From Mustelus asterias (lineage: Eukaryota), in NCBI RefSeq assembly GCF_964213995.1, contig NC_135813.1:61008001-61072000 (forward strand): a stretch of DNA of 64,000 nt, written 5' to 3'. The notes under the pieces are model-generated. The model was not told where the DNA came from. It worked only from the letters and a program-made list of their open reading frames with translations, and did not search any database. Below, in pieces: positions 24,301-37,200 of this stretch. The number at the start of each line of letters is the position of its first letter. The first letter of the stretch is position 1. The translations under genes were made by a program, and so were the position numbers.

Positions 24301-24940
24301 CATTATTGGCCAATTAAAGCAATCGGATAGTTTATTTAAAAAATGATTTGCAGTCCCAGATCCTGCATTGTATCGGGTGTATTAAAAAATGAGGCAGTGA
24401 CAGAGTTTGCCCTGAATATTGGTAATCAGGTGGTATAGAAATGTCTGCCCGTTTAATGTATTTTTGTAAATCTCGAGACGCAGTTCAGCCCTTTCATTAT
24501 AATGGCAGAATGTAACGAGGTCCATTAAAAAAAAAAGTTGCAATATTACTTCATGGTGCTAATTTAATGTCACCGATCGTCTCCTTGTTGCGCCTGGATA
24601 TCATTGGCTTTAAATAAAATGTGCAGAATATCACAATGATAGAATCTCACTATTTAATTCCCCTTGGAATGCTGCCATTAATTGTTTTTAAGGGAAAGAG
24701 AGAGAATAACAGAACGTCGGTCGAGATAACGCTATAATGATTTTATTACACAGCTGTATCAATGACATTACAGTGAAGCTTTGATCCATTCAGGGTGAAC
24801 ACAGTTAATTTGAAACTAAGGGAGTCAGCCGATCTGCTACAAACTGTGATGAAATGTTTGAAATGTTCCACTATTGCGGAATTTATATTGAAATGACACT
24901 TTACCAACGGCAGAATACAAGAATGCATTAGATGCGTGAA

Positions 24941-25263
24941 TCAGATACAGTTGGATCTGGAGATGCTTGTTTGAAGTGGGATTGCTTGAGTCTCGTGTTT
25001 AACCACACAGGCGTAAAGCTCGTGTGAGTTCCACTCTGAGGCTAACAGAGTCAGATAACTGCTCACACTAAACGTGTTGTCCGCCTCTTGCTGGATCCGA
25101 CTGGTCTCAACCCCATTCCTTCTGACGCTGCCATCTACAGTCCATTCAATCTCCGCAGCTCCTGGGTTAAAACCGCTCACCAAACACACCAGGGTCGCCA
25201 TGTTCTTCGCTGTGATTTGATCCGCTGAAGGCGGAAGGAGAGAAACAATGGGGCTCCGTGGAT
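24941..25263 (-). CDS. IGLC: Ig light-chain constant exon, gene 2
   Basis: Intact copy (IVSLLPPS...QAIPLQTSISRSNCI*); acceptor AG at 25264-25265. Confidence 0.97.
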
Positions 25264-28200
25264 CTGGAAAGTAGAGACAAATGATTGCACATCCATTAAG
25301 AATCGGCATAAATCACTGAATCGTTGTTTCACCTTCTTCAAATTGTTTTTTAAAATCGGTATTATTCTACAAGAATGTATAGATTTTACATTGTGGAGTC
25401 TTATTGTTGCCAAATGCAAAAAGGCCATGACTCTCGTTTCTGGAACACATACAACCTGAGAAGGTTTTCCTTTTTTCCCTGCATGGACAGGAACATGCAA
25501 ACAAAATCTGATCTAAAGGAAATAGTGGAGTTTGAAATATTAAAGAGAAAAATAAGACGGGAGGTTTATTGCATCCAGATGTGTTCTGAGGCAACGCTGT
25601 CCGAACCAGCGTCACGACCAAAGAGAATTTCAGAACAACGTCAATCACTCAGAATTTGGGGTCAATATTGGAACTTATGCTGACCGCAACATTCCTATAT
25701 TTTGCAACTCAAAAAACTCGATTCTGAAAAATGAAATCGATTGTTTGCTTTTGTCACCATTTACACTTCTCTGACGCAAGTCCTACATACTGAGACTGAT
25801 GTTGGGATTTGTGTACATTCTTTGCCACGGCCTCACACGGTGTCCCGCCCAGACCAACAGTGACGATGCAGCGTAAATCTTAACAAATAACTCCCTTTTG
25901 CAATGGAAATGTTTGGAGACATTTTTTGCGAGTGGAGTGTCACAAAAGATTTGTTACAGCAAAGAGGAAGAGTTTCGAACAAATATTGTAAACAATTCTA
26001 GTATATTAGAACATAACGTGACGACACCCTCAAAAGGCCAGTAATAAACCAAACATGTCCTCATAATTATTTATCTCTCACACCTTTTCGCCGAAGCAGA
26101 CGGACTGTGAGATCTTACTGTGCTTAGATAGGGAGCCATGATTCTGACATTTGAAGAATGATTCTACTTCACAAGCACTTAATTGTGAGGATGTTCTGAG
26201 GCCGTGGTCGGCGCTAAATCAGTGCAGGTTTGCATTTTCTTTCCTTTGTCATTAGTAGATATTCGCAAAGCTGAAAGGGCGTTGTCTCAGAACCTTGTCT
26301 CTTTAAGTCACCATTTACCACTTAAGTTACCATCTATCACAGTCAATGGAGAAACGCTCAGTAAATAGGTTGAGGTGTTGTAAGGCATCGAAGAAAGGGT
26401 TCAAATATGAATATCCATTTCTAACTAAAAGGATAAGTCTGACCTTTTACAGTTCGCCCTGACATTGAGGTATTATGTCGGCTACAACAACAATATGAGG
26501 GTTGTCGCTGTCGGTGTAAAAATCGAGTGTCTTTGGAGCTACAAATTCGTCTTGTTTTTTTTTGGAATGTAATTTGGATGCTGAAACTGAGTCGGCAGAC
26601 AAATGCCGCCAGCCCTTATTTCAATGTTGGTATCGTCTTCCTGCGCCACCGAGAGTTTCGCTGAATAATCTCAAATGTCTGCACCGATGAGCAGGTGTGA
26701 CGATCAACTTCTATTTAAACGGAAGCGTACTTAAGTGAATTATTTTTACACCGGCATTTTCTCCAGATATGATTTCTCAAAGTATCAACTAAAACATTCA
26801 AGAGCATTTTTCTCCTTTTTGCCTCATGCTGGTCCATTTCACCGTAACATAGTCCAATAAACATATGACTTGAAGAAGAAAATAAAAAATAAAGAAAAGG
26901 AAGATTGAGAAGGGAAGAGACCCTGACCATAATTTTCCAATCGTGTCTGGAGCAGGCTTGGCTCTCAGAGACAGGAGGACAGATGAAATTGTGAAAGGGC
27001 GAAAGGGGGGTAACATAGTTTTAGACCAGTGAACCAAACCTCACTAAAGGGAGAACAATTGAAATAAGCGCGGTTTAATCAAATGCAGCAGTCACGGCTT
27101 TGCTGGCGGAATATCTTACCTCACAGCGTGAATTGGTATTTTTGAGCAGGTAGCATGAGCGGTGAATGACGGCAATATTTTTAGTATCGTCTACATGGAT
27201 TTTAGCAAGGCTCTTGTTAAGTTCACACATAGGTATGAACAGGTTGGATGCGAAATTGGTTCAGAGGCAGGAAGTAAAGGGTCCGTATATCAATGAGTGC
27301 CTCTATGATTGTTGTCAGATAATACAAATTTGACAATGTGTTTGCTAACGAAGAAAGCTGGATAATGCAGGAAGACAACAATGGACTAGTCAGATAAGTT
27401 CAACAGCGGCAAATGGAATTAAATGCGGAAAAGTATGAGGAACTGTATTTTTCAGGAAGGCCAATAAAACAAGCGAGTACACTATATAAATGGGACAATG
27501 CCGAGAAATGAAGAGAAACTGAGTGAACTGAAAATGCATTTCCGCAGATCTCGAAGGCGGCTGAGCAAGTGGGTATGGTAGCAAAGAAGGCATGTGAGGC
27601 AGTTACATTTATAAGCCGAGGTATAGATTGTTAGAACTTGATGGTTATGCTGAAACTGCTGGAAAGGTGCGTAGGAAACATGTAATTGTATGAGAGCGAG
27701 TACAGGGGAGATCGAGAGGGATGTCGGCTGCAATGGAATATTTAGTTATAAGTGTTGAATTGGCCAGCGTTCTTTCCTTTGGAACAGACGAGGCTGGAAG
27801 GAGATCTAATGGAAGGCATTATATTCAGAGGTGTCTGGACAGAATGGATAGGAAAACAGTATTGCCAATGGTTGACGGGTCGATAAGAACGGCACTTGGA
27901 TTTAGCGTCAGAAGTAGAAGGTTTAGCGGAGATTCGAAGGGAATAGTTTCACCCAGAGGGTTTTGGGGGATGTGGAACCTACTGCCGGGAAGGCTGTTAG
28001 TGGCAAATTAATGGACACTTAAACGCACATACAATGTGTAATCGAAAGGCTCATGAATAAATGTTAGATTGTTCCTTGTGAACCAGTGCAGACACGATTG
28101 ACCAAGCAGGTTGTAACAATGTTGCAAAGATATATCATTCTATGATTCTGCGAATATATTATATTGCTTTCCTCCCTCACTGACGCACAGTGTGCATATT

Positions 28201-28740
28201 TATGAGGTACCCTGCCGCAACGCCGACAAGAGCTTCCAAACCAGCCATGTTTTCGACTGGACGAACACACGGGCAGCAGATGCACGGTAGCACCACCAGT
28301 TGGTAAATCCCCATCAATCCACACAGCATACCAAAGTAGAACTGTACCGCCTTTCCTTCACTGTCGCTTGGCCAAAAACTCTTAACCCCCTCCCTAAGAG
28401 CTCTGCGATGCATCTCTGACACATGGACGACATCGGTTTGAGAATGCGGCTCACTATCACTTTATCCATGGATATCAGGCGGGGGACAATGAATGTTAGC
28501 TTTCTGGTCACATCCCATGAATCAATGAAACTGGCAGTAATCCCCATGTTTTGTTGTATTACTACTCACTGACAATCACAGAACCAGCAGCAGAGCTGAA
28601 CGAGTCCACAACAATACTCAAAAACCTGACAACCTATTCCGAGACATTCCAAAGCAACTGATTGGATAGGAAGAAAATGAACCGTAATTTCCGAGGGAAG
28701 CAAACATTCTGCGCATCGATTATGTTTGTTACAACGTTAT

Positions 28741-29049
28741 GATGTGGAGATGCCGGCGTTGGACTGGGGTAAACACAGTAAGAAGTTTAACAACACCAGG
28801 TTAAAGATTTAACCTGGTGTTGTTAAACTTCTTACTGTGTTTACCCCAGTCCAACGCCGGCATCTCCACATCATGACTACCATCGACACCGCAAACTGCC
28901 GGCTCCAAGTGGAGAGGATCGCCAAGAAGATCGCGCATATCGACACAGACATCAAGTGAAGGGGCTTAGAGCTCCGAAAGCTTGTGTGGCTTTTGCTACC
29001 AAATAAACCTGTTGGACTTTAACCTGGTGTTGTTAAACTTCTTACTGTG
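28741..29049 (+). mobile_element. Internally deleted Penelope-like element with inverted pLTR segment, in the J-C intron of gene 2
   Basis: Absent at the orthologous site in unit 1 (~9561-9572). 12-bp TSD TTAC(A/T)ACGTTAT at 28729-28740 and 29050-29061. Perfect 67-bp inverted repeat, direct repeat of TTTAACCTGGTGTTGTTAAACTTCTTACTGTG, short ORF start MTTIDTANCRLQVERIAKKIAHIDTDIK*, and hammerhead stem-II remnant GA-A-GGGGC-TTAGA-GCTCC-GAAA. Confidence 0.8.
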
Positions 29050-29943
29050 TTACTACGTTATCCAGTAACACTCAGGATCGATTAGTACTGGCGGAATTCT
29101 CGCACCAATATGGTTATTTTGGTCACCTGTGATTAATGCGAAATGTTAGGCTGAGAATCTTGTACCGAACTGTTTTCGGTGAGTTTGGGGACCAGTGGGA
29201 ATGGGTCCCACCCAGGTACCACACTATCCTTCCGCAGGCTGAATGCAAGAAAGATCTTAAAACACAATGTTGCTTCAAGTGGAACAAAGCAGCCTGATGT
29301 GAACGTTTTGAATGTAATTCCAGCGTTTTAAACCAGACTACAAGGGCAGCATGTGAAACAGCCTGAACCACTATATTGCTTTCATACAATCATGGAATTA
29401 TAGAGCACACAACGGGGCCCATCGTAGCTTGTAAAAACCCTGCCCACTCAGATCATTTTCATGCCTGTTTTCTTCACTTTTGAAATGTTTATCGTCTTGC
29501 TAATTATAGTTCCGCTCGCGGTGTTCATATAGCGAGGGTACTCCACTCCTAACACTGGCTGAGCGAATAAAAACATCCCATCCTTCCAGCGATTGCATTC
29601 AAATAATGTCCTCGCACTGCCGACTGGATCAGATGGCTCAAACGTCTGGAGAGCCGCAGCAGATCAGACCGTAAGCTTCCAGTGAAATGAATTTCACTCG
29701 AAATTAAATTGCCCCTTTACCCGATCCCATAATTGGACACAATCTAGAAAATCACCAAAGTTCTGAGCCCAGCTATCACTGCAATGTCTTTGGCTGCTGA
29801 CTCAAGGATCCCCCATAAAAATATTTTCGCAGCAACCATTTTGATTTGCACTCATTCAATCCACCGATCCGACCGTTTCGAAGTACATTTTGTTATTTAG
29901 ATAGCGTCACAAATGCTAGAGGACATTTAAGTGATTTACTTAC

Positions 29944-30291
29944 TGTTCAGATTCAACTTCGTTCCTCTCCCGAAAATGAATCTATCTGGACTGCTGAGCT
30001 CAGTGCCACAGTAATAATCTGCAGCGTCCTCCGATTGCACGTTGGTGATGGTTAAATGCATCTTGTTACTCGATGAGTCCACAGACCCGGTGAATCGATC
30101 TGGAATACCCGAAGCTGTATCAGCGCTCTCATCCCAAACAAGCACAGGGGCGCTGCCGGGTTTCTGCCAGTACCAGCTCGTGTAGTAGCTGCTAATGCTG
30201 CCTCCGGACATGGTGCAAGTGATGCTGACGGTCTCTCCCGTTGAGGCCGAAATGGATCCTGGTTGGGTCAGGACAGGATCCGCAATTGTAC
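29944..30291 (-). CDS. IGLV: Germline-joined V-J exon, gene 2
   Basis: DPVLTQPGSISASTGETVSITC...WDESADTASG...YYC-GTELSSPDRFI-FGRGTKLNLN; splice sites intact. Confidence 0.97.
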
Positions 30292-30431
30292 CTGGTGAAA
30301 TGCAAAGTATTGTCAGTCACACACTGTGAAATGTTGAATATAGCTTACAATTCAGATTCGTTAAATCACAAGCGCAAAAGCAGATAATGTGAAAAAAATG
30401 AGCGTTACTTCAGGTTGACGCCCGTACTTAC

Positions 30432-30480
30432 TGTGGAAACAGAGTATCAGTGCGGCGAGAACTCCAATCGATTGTGTCAT
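30432..30480 (-). CDS. IGLV: Leader exon, gene 2
   Basis: MTQSIGVLAALILCFH(S); GTAAGT donor. Confidence 0.95.
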
Positions 30481-30554
30481 GGTGAAGGTTTGGGGAGAGG
30501 AAGAAGGAAAATAAATCCTGACACGAATGTGCTTCTGAGTCCATTCCAAACTCT

Positions 30555-30622
30555 CCTTAAAAAGATTCAGACACCGCAGGGCGAATGAATATTAATTACG
30601 TATGCAAATTGCCTGTCACGTG
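30555..30622 (-). promoter_or_regulatory. Octamer promoter of gene 2 (ATTTGCAT at 30602-30609, E-box CACGTG)
   Basis: Same motifs as the gene 1 promoter. Confidence 0.85.
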
Positions 30623-30963
30623 ATATTAGGCCAAAGATCTCCATTTCGGTATTGTCTGATATTTGGAGAATGCGCACGTCAGCCATTTTGGAACAGAAGA
30701 AAAATAAATCTCCCAAGCCACAGAATAGCATGCAAAATGGCTCAATAACCTCCCCCCCAAAAAATAAACGGTGCGGTGAAACACAAAGAGATTAAATGGA
30801 TCGTGTCTTGATCTCTGGAAGCCTGCCGATTACAATCAATAAATATTGCGGACAGAAAGCTGTTTAATAGGTGCATCGTTTTTGGTGAATAAATTAGAGA
30901 CGAAACGTGCGAGTTGAGATTTCATGTGCACACAGAGAGGTGTAAGGGAATTGACCACCGTCC

Positions 30964-31209
30964 NNNNNNNNNNNNNNNNNNNNNNNNNNNNNNNNNNNNN
31001 NNNNNNNNNNNNNNNNNNNNNNNNNNNNNNNNNNNNNNNNNNNNNNNNNNNNNNNNNNNNNNNNNNNNNNNNNNNNNNNNNNNNNNNNNNNNNNNNNNNN
31101 NNNNNNNNNNNNNNNNNNNNNNNNNNNNNNNNNNNNNNNNNNNNNNNNNNNNNNNNNNNNNNNNNNNNNNNNNNNNNNNNNNNNNNNNNNNNNNNNNNNN
31201 NNNNNNNNN
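30964..31209. repeat. N-masked probable (GATA)n microsatellite, unit 2
   Basis: Orthologous to 11472-11708; 246-bp span. Confidence 0.7.
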
Positions 31210-34200
31210 CGCCAAGCCCCGAGGAACATTATATTACCTACCTGGAATGTGATTGAGGTCCCAAAACTCTCCACTCAGCACTATTCAAGTGTTGGAAACC
31301 CACGGCATTCACAGTGAATTAAGCCTTGGCAAAATGAAATGCTCTCGGAAACAGAGCTTTTCGCATGATTTTCGTTCTTGGATTTGAGGGGTACATTTGC
31401 TGTCATTTGAAAGGATGAGTTTGAGAATGTCAATGCACTGGCCGACGTCGGAATGAGCTGAAAGTAGCAGTTTTTTCAAATCAGATTTCTGATGGCAGGT
31501 GACCCTACCCCCAACACTACCCTCGCTTCCCGCCGCACAACAGTATTGCAGAAGTCATAGTACAATGTTCCATTGGTCACTCATTTGAAAAGTTAAACAA
31601 AATCAGGCAAGCCAATTAAATGCTGATAACGTTAGCTTATCACACACCTTCACCCCATGTGTCCTTGAACAATTGTGAGAAGTAACCTTTTGATTATGCA
31701 GCTGAGGCGCACAGAGGAGAACGAGAAGAAATGAATTAATTACTTCGCCTGGAGAGCTGACGATCGCGGCTACAGGTGCAGTTGCGTCAGTGTAAAGAAT
31801 TCGAGAAGCTTCATCGCAGAAGGAGAGCAATCAGTCAATCGCATCCATGTCGGTTCTGTAAAGGAGCGATCGAAGTGGAATTTCTGTCTTGATCTTACTC
31901 CAATTTTCGACACATTTTCCACCTTTTTGAGAGTGATTGTTGAATCTTCTTCCGCCAGTCTTTGATCCAATTGACTCCAGCTCATTAAGAGTCGGAACAT
32001 ATTTAACCACCACCACCCCTGTTCCCGGGTTATTTCAAATGTTTGCCTTCTGGTGATCAAACATCCCGACATTTGAATCAGCTTCTACTTTCTTTATCCA
32101 ACACCTTTAAGAACATCTTTATCAAATCTACTGTGCGGCATTAAGGAGAACAACCCCAGGTTCTCTCGTCTTTACATCTAACTGAGCGCCTTTATCGCTG
32201 AAAACATGCGAATACACCTTCTTGCACCCTCTCCACGGCCTTGAAAGACATTCGAAGAATATTGTCCAGAACTGGACTCAATATTCTAGCTAGGGTCTAA
32301 CAAAGATAAAAGGGTTAACATATTTGCTTGCATTTGTACCCGGTTGTTGGAATTTTACTGACTCCCGTGTCGACAGAATGAAGGGTGGGGAAGGAATATT
32401 AAAATTTCTCCACCACTGGGAAAATTTCCAACCGGCGGTCAGGTAGAGGGATCAGGAACAGATAATTAAAGTTGTTCGGCTGAAAGATATCGCAGGATAT
32501 TTACTGAAAGATATGTCTCAGGTCCACGTCATGCAGTGCAGTCAGTACCCGGGGAGTGAGAGGCTTAAGGCCTTGCTTCTGGGTGGAATGTACAGAGTTG
32601 ACATCTGCAGTGTGGAGAGAGGGAGAGAGACAGATACTAGTTCAGTTTAATGCAACAAGACAGCAGGAGCGAGAGAAGAACCACCCTCATGGCGTGCCAG
32701 CGGAATCGGAAAACGATTCGCATCGGGCCAGGAATGCAGGTTAAATTTGACTGAAGACGGTACGCAGCTGAAATAACAGACAGAAAGTGGGCCTACTTCA
32801 TGGAGATGTTGAAGTCCCAATAGAACCAATGATTGCGTCCGATTGGAAGCAAAAGAGTTAAACTCTGCGATTCGTGGCAGAGCTGAAGATTGGGAAGATT
32901 AGAATAACCGAGAGGCAATGGCGAATAAAGTAATGACGAAGGAGAATTTAGAGTATGAGAGAATGTTAGCTAGACATATTAAAATAATGTAGGAATTTCT
33001 ATATGCTTTTAAAAAAGAAAATGCTCACTAAAATATGTGTGGTTACTCTGGAGAAGGAGTATCGGAAATTCATAATACGAAATGAGGAAATGGCGACAGA
33101 CTTGATACATGTTCACTGCCACGCTGTGGAATACATAAATAATATCCCAGAAATACTTGCAGGTGAAGAGGTGGAAGGGAGCGAGGAACATAAAGCAATT
33201 ACAACCACCAGATCAATGCTACTGAGAAAACGATCAGAACTAAAGGCTGTCAAGTCGTTAGGGCATCATGGAGCTGTGTAAGATACCCTGACGGAGAGTG
33301 GATGCAGAGGCGATGGGCCGATTGGCCTCATTCTGCATTGTAGTGATTTTATAATTCCATGAGATCGGGAAATAGCACATCTAACTCCTGTATTCAAGAA
33401 AGGAAAGAGACAGAAAACATGTAACTCCAAGCCAATTAGCCTAACATCTGTCAAAAGTTAAATGTTAGAATCCATTATTAGAAGGTTATCTCAGGGCACT
33501 TGCAATTATGCAGAGCCAACATGGTTTTATATAATTGAAGCGATACTTTACTACTTTGTTATCCTTACTTGAGCAACTTATTAGTGACGTACATAAAGGG
33601 AACCTGTAGAGTTGGATTTCCAAAACGTATTTCATAAGATGCCGCTTCAAAGATACATTATGAAAAGCCAAATAGGAGCTCATTATGCATGGGGTAATAT
33701 TTATCACGAATCGAGGACTGAATGGCTTACAGAAACAGAAGAGGTGGGATAACTGAGCCATTTTGGGGGGGGGGGGGTCGGGGGGTGGGGATGGTGGTGG
33801 TGGTGGTGGGGGGGGGGGGGGGGGTAAACTGCAGCCGGTGGTGTATCACACGGATTACATCTCGGGCCTCAACTATTTTCAATTTACAGTAATGACATGG
33901 ATGATGGGACGGACTGATTGCAATTTTTTCTCACGACATTAATACGGGGAGAAAAGTAAATTGTGAGGTGCGCATAAATAGCATACAAATGTATTGAGAT
34001 AGACTACGTGAGTGGTAAAAAGAAACAGGTGGAGTGCAATGTGGTGAAGTCCACTTTGGCAGGAAGAACGGAAAGCAGCAAATTATTCACACGGGGATGA
34101 GAGTGCAAAGGCCCGCAGCGCTGGGGCATCTGGCTGCCTGGAATGTGATTCACAAAACTTTAGCATGAAGCTGCAAGTGATAAGGAAAGCAACTGCAATG

Positions 34201-37200
34201 TTGTCACTTATTGCAAGTGGGATGGAATGTAAGAGTAGAGAAGATTCGCTACAAAGAGCTCATCTGAAGTACTTTCCTGTTGGCCCGTGTACCTCAGAAC
34301 GGATACAATAGCACCAGCGACAGTTCGGAGAAAGGTTCACCCATCAGATGAAAGGGATATCACATAGGGAAAGGTTGGACAGGTTGGACCTGTAGCCATT
34401 AGAGTTTAGAAGCACTAGAGGTGATCCTGCTGAAACGCCTACGATCCGGAGGGGAATTGAGATGGTGAACGCTGAGGAAGTGCCTTCCCTCGAAAGAGAC
34501 TAGAAGGAGGGGACATGAATTAGAATAAGAGGTTTTCCACTTGAGATGGAGATAAAGAGCATTTCATTCTCTGTGAGAACCATTAGCCTATGGAACTCTC
34601 TTTACCAGAGATATCCCATCGTGAATGGTGGTGGATAATTAAACAACTGACTGGAGGAGAAGACATCACAAATTTCTCCATCCTCAATAAGCAGTGAAAA
34701 AGATAAGGCTAAAGCATTCGCAAAAATCGTCTGTCACATGTGCCAAGTGGATGATCCATCTTGGGCTTCTACAAAAATGGTCAGTATCACGGATCTCAAT
34801 CTTCAGTCAATTCAATTCGCTCCACGTGATATCAAGAAGTGCCCGAATACGTTGGATACTGCAAAGGCTTTGGGCTCCAACAATATTCTATCGACAGTCC
34901 TGAAGACTTGTGTTCCAAACGATGCGACCCCGCCAGTCAAGTTGTTTCAGTACATCTACAACACTGGCATCTACCCGGCATTGTAGAAAATTGCCCATTC
35001 ATGTCCTCTACGCAAAAAGAAAGGCAACACCAACTTTATTCGTTAGCCATCAGGCCACCCCAGATCATCAGTAAATTGATGGAAGAGTTCATTAACAGCG
35101 CAATGAAACGGCAGGAACTTAGCAGGAACCTACTCTCTGGCACATAGTTTGGATTCCGCTAGTCACTCAGCGCCTCACTTCATTACAGCCTTGGGTCAAA
35201 CATGGACAAGAGTAGTTGAATGCCAGATGTGAAATGACTGCGTTTGACGTCAAGGCAGCACATGTGGAATTAAGGAGCCCGAGCAAGACTGGGGTCAATT
35301 AGAATCAGAGGGAAAACTACGCTGGTTGGAGTCATACCTGGCACAGAGGAAGAGTGTTGCGGTGGTTGGAGTTCAATCATCTAATTTGCAAACTTCACTG
35401 CAGGAGTTTCTCAAGATGGTGTCCAAGGCCCAACCATCTTCAGCTGCTCTATCAATGACCTTCCTTGCATCATAATGTCAGCAATGATCGCACAGTGCAC
35501 AGTACCATACCCGCATCCTCAGAGGCTGAAGCCGTCCGTGTCCAAGTGCAGTAAGCCCTGGACAATATCCAAGTTTGTGTTGACAAGTGGCAAGTAGTGC
35601 CAGGAAATGACCATCTCCAACAACAGAGAATCTAACCATTGTCCCTTGACATTCAATGGTATTGCCATCAATGTCGACATCCTGAGGGCGACCATTGACC
35701 AGAAACTGAAGTGGTCTTGACATTTAAATATGGTGGCTACAACAGCAGGTCAGAGGTTATGAATCCTGTAGCAAGTATCTCACTTCCTGACTAGCCAAAC
35801 CTATCCACCATCTGCGAGGCACAAGTCAAGAGTGTGATGGAATACTTTGCACGAGCCAGGAGAATGCAGCTTCTATAACTTTCAGGAAGCTCACACCATC
35901 CAGGACAACACTTGACTGGCACCGCTTCCACAAACTCCCTCCGCCACGATGAACAGTGGCAGCAGTGTGCACCATCTGCAAGATGCACTGCATAAACCCA
36001 TCCAGGCTCCATTGGCAGCATCTTACAAAGTCACATCGCAACCGTCCAGAAGGACAAAGGCAGCAGACAAATGGGGACACAACTACCTTCGCGCTTTCCT
36101 CCAAGTCATTCGCAATCTGACATGGGGATGTATTGCTTACCTAGACCACAGGGACTGCGCTGATTCAGCAAAGCAGTTCACCACCATCATCTCGAGGGCA
36201 ATTAGCGGTGAGGAATAAATGCTGGTCTAGTCAGCGATGCCCACATCACGTAACAAAATGCAGAATTCGATAGATTCCTGATTGAAAAGGGATCCAAAGA
36301 GTATAGGGGTGGACAAGAATGTGGGGTCGAGCCCACGATCACATCAGCCACGACCTTAGGCCTAATCTTCGTTCCAATTCATATGATCGTATGATTCGTA
36401 TTTGCGCCCTTTTTGACTCCTTTTATCCTATTAAATTTCTGAACCTTCGTATCCATTAATGTGGCACTGACAGCATTATCTTTAGTGAATGAGGCAGGAA
36501 AGGAAGTGATAGTGAAACATTTTGTGACACTGGGTTCTTACTGCTTCGAATCATTCGGATTCCCTGATATTATGGACATTCAGCACTGAAAAGGGGAACT
36601 CATTAAACATCCGAATTAATTGACAATACCTGAAGAGAATATTCTGAAAACGACTTTCATGTCCGAATGCCTATTTTCCAAGTGTCCACGTATTTTGCCA
36701 GGAATTGATATTTTGAGATATTTTAACCACAAATACACTTCATGTAATAACACGGTCCTTGGTATACCAAGTCCAATATTGCCATCTGCTGGTTCAGCCG
36801 CAAAAAGCGCGCAGTTTCATTGGGATGCGTTCTGGACTTTTTTCATCTATTGTGCGTAGTGCAATAGAAAGCAGGGGGAATGAAATGACAATTATAAAAT
36901 AAAATTCTGGATAAAGTCAGGAGATCTGGTCGCACTTGTGAGGAGCGAAACACAATTTCTGTATAAGGGTAATTCGCACTGCCGTGTTCGGTGAAACAGT
37001 GTTCAGTCTCTAATAAATTAAGCGTAAATCTCATCAGTACTTTTATCATGCATTTCAAACGTTTCGAAGACAGGTGCAGGCGCAGCCTCAAACTAGGGAG
37101 CAGGAACCTACACTGTAAAGCATGGCGGACGCTGTAGTCCGGCGACGAATGATCGAATTAGCATTGCAGAGTCCTGGAACAAGCAATGATTCTAAATCCC

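Noticed and set aside
28739-29049. CRISPR-like repeats or a microRNA hairpin
   Set aside because: Eukaryotic DNA with no spacer array; the TSD and pLTR-like architecture explain it as a retroelement.
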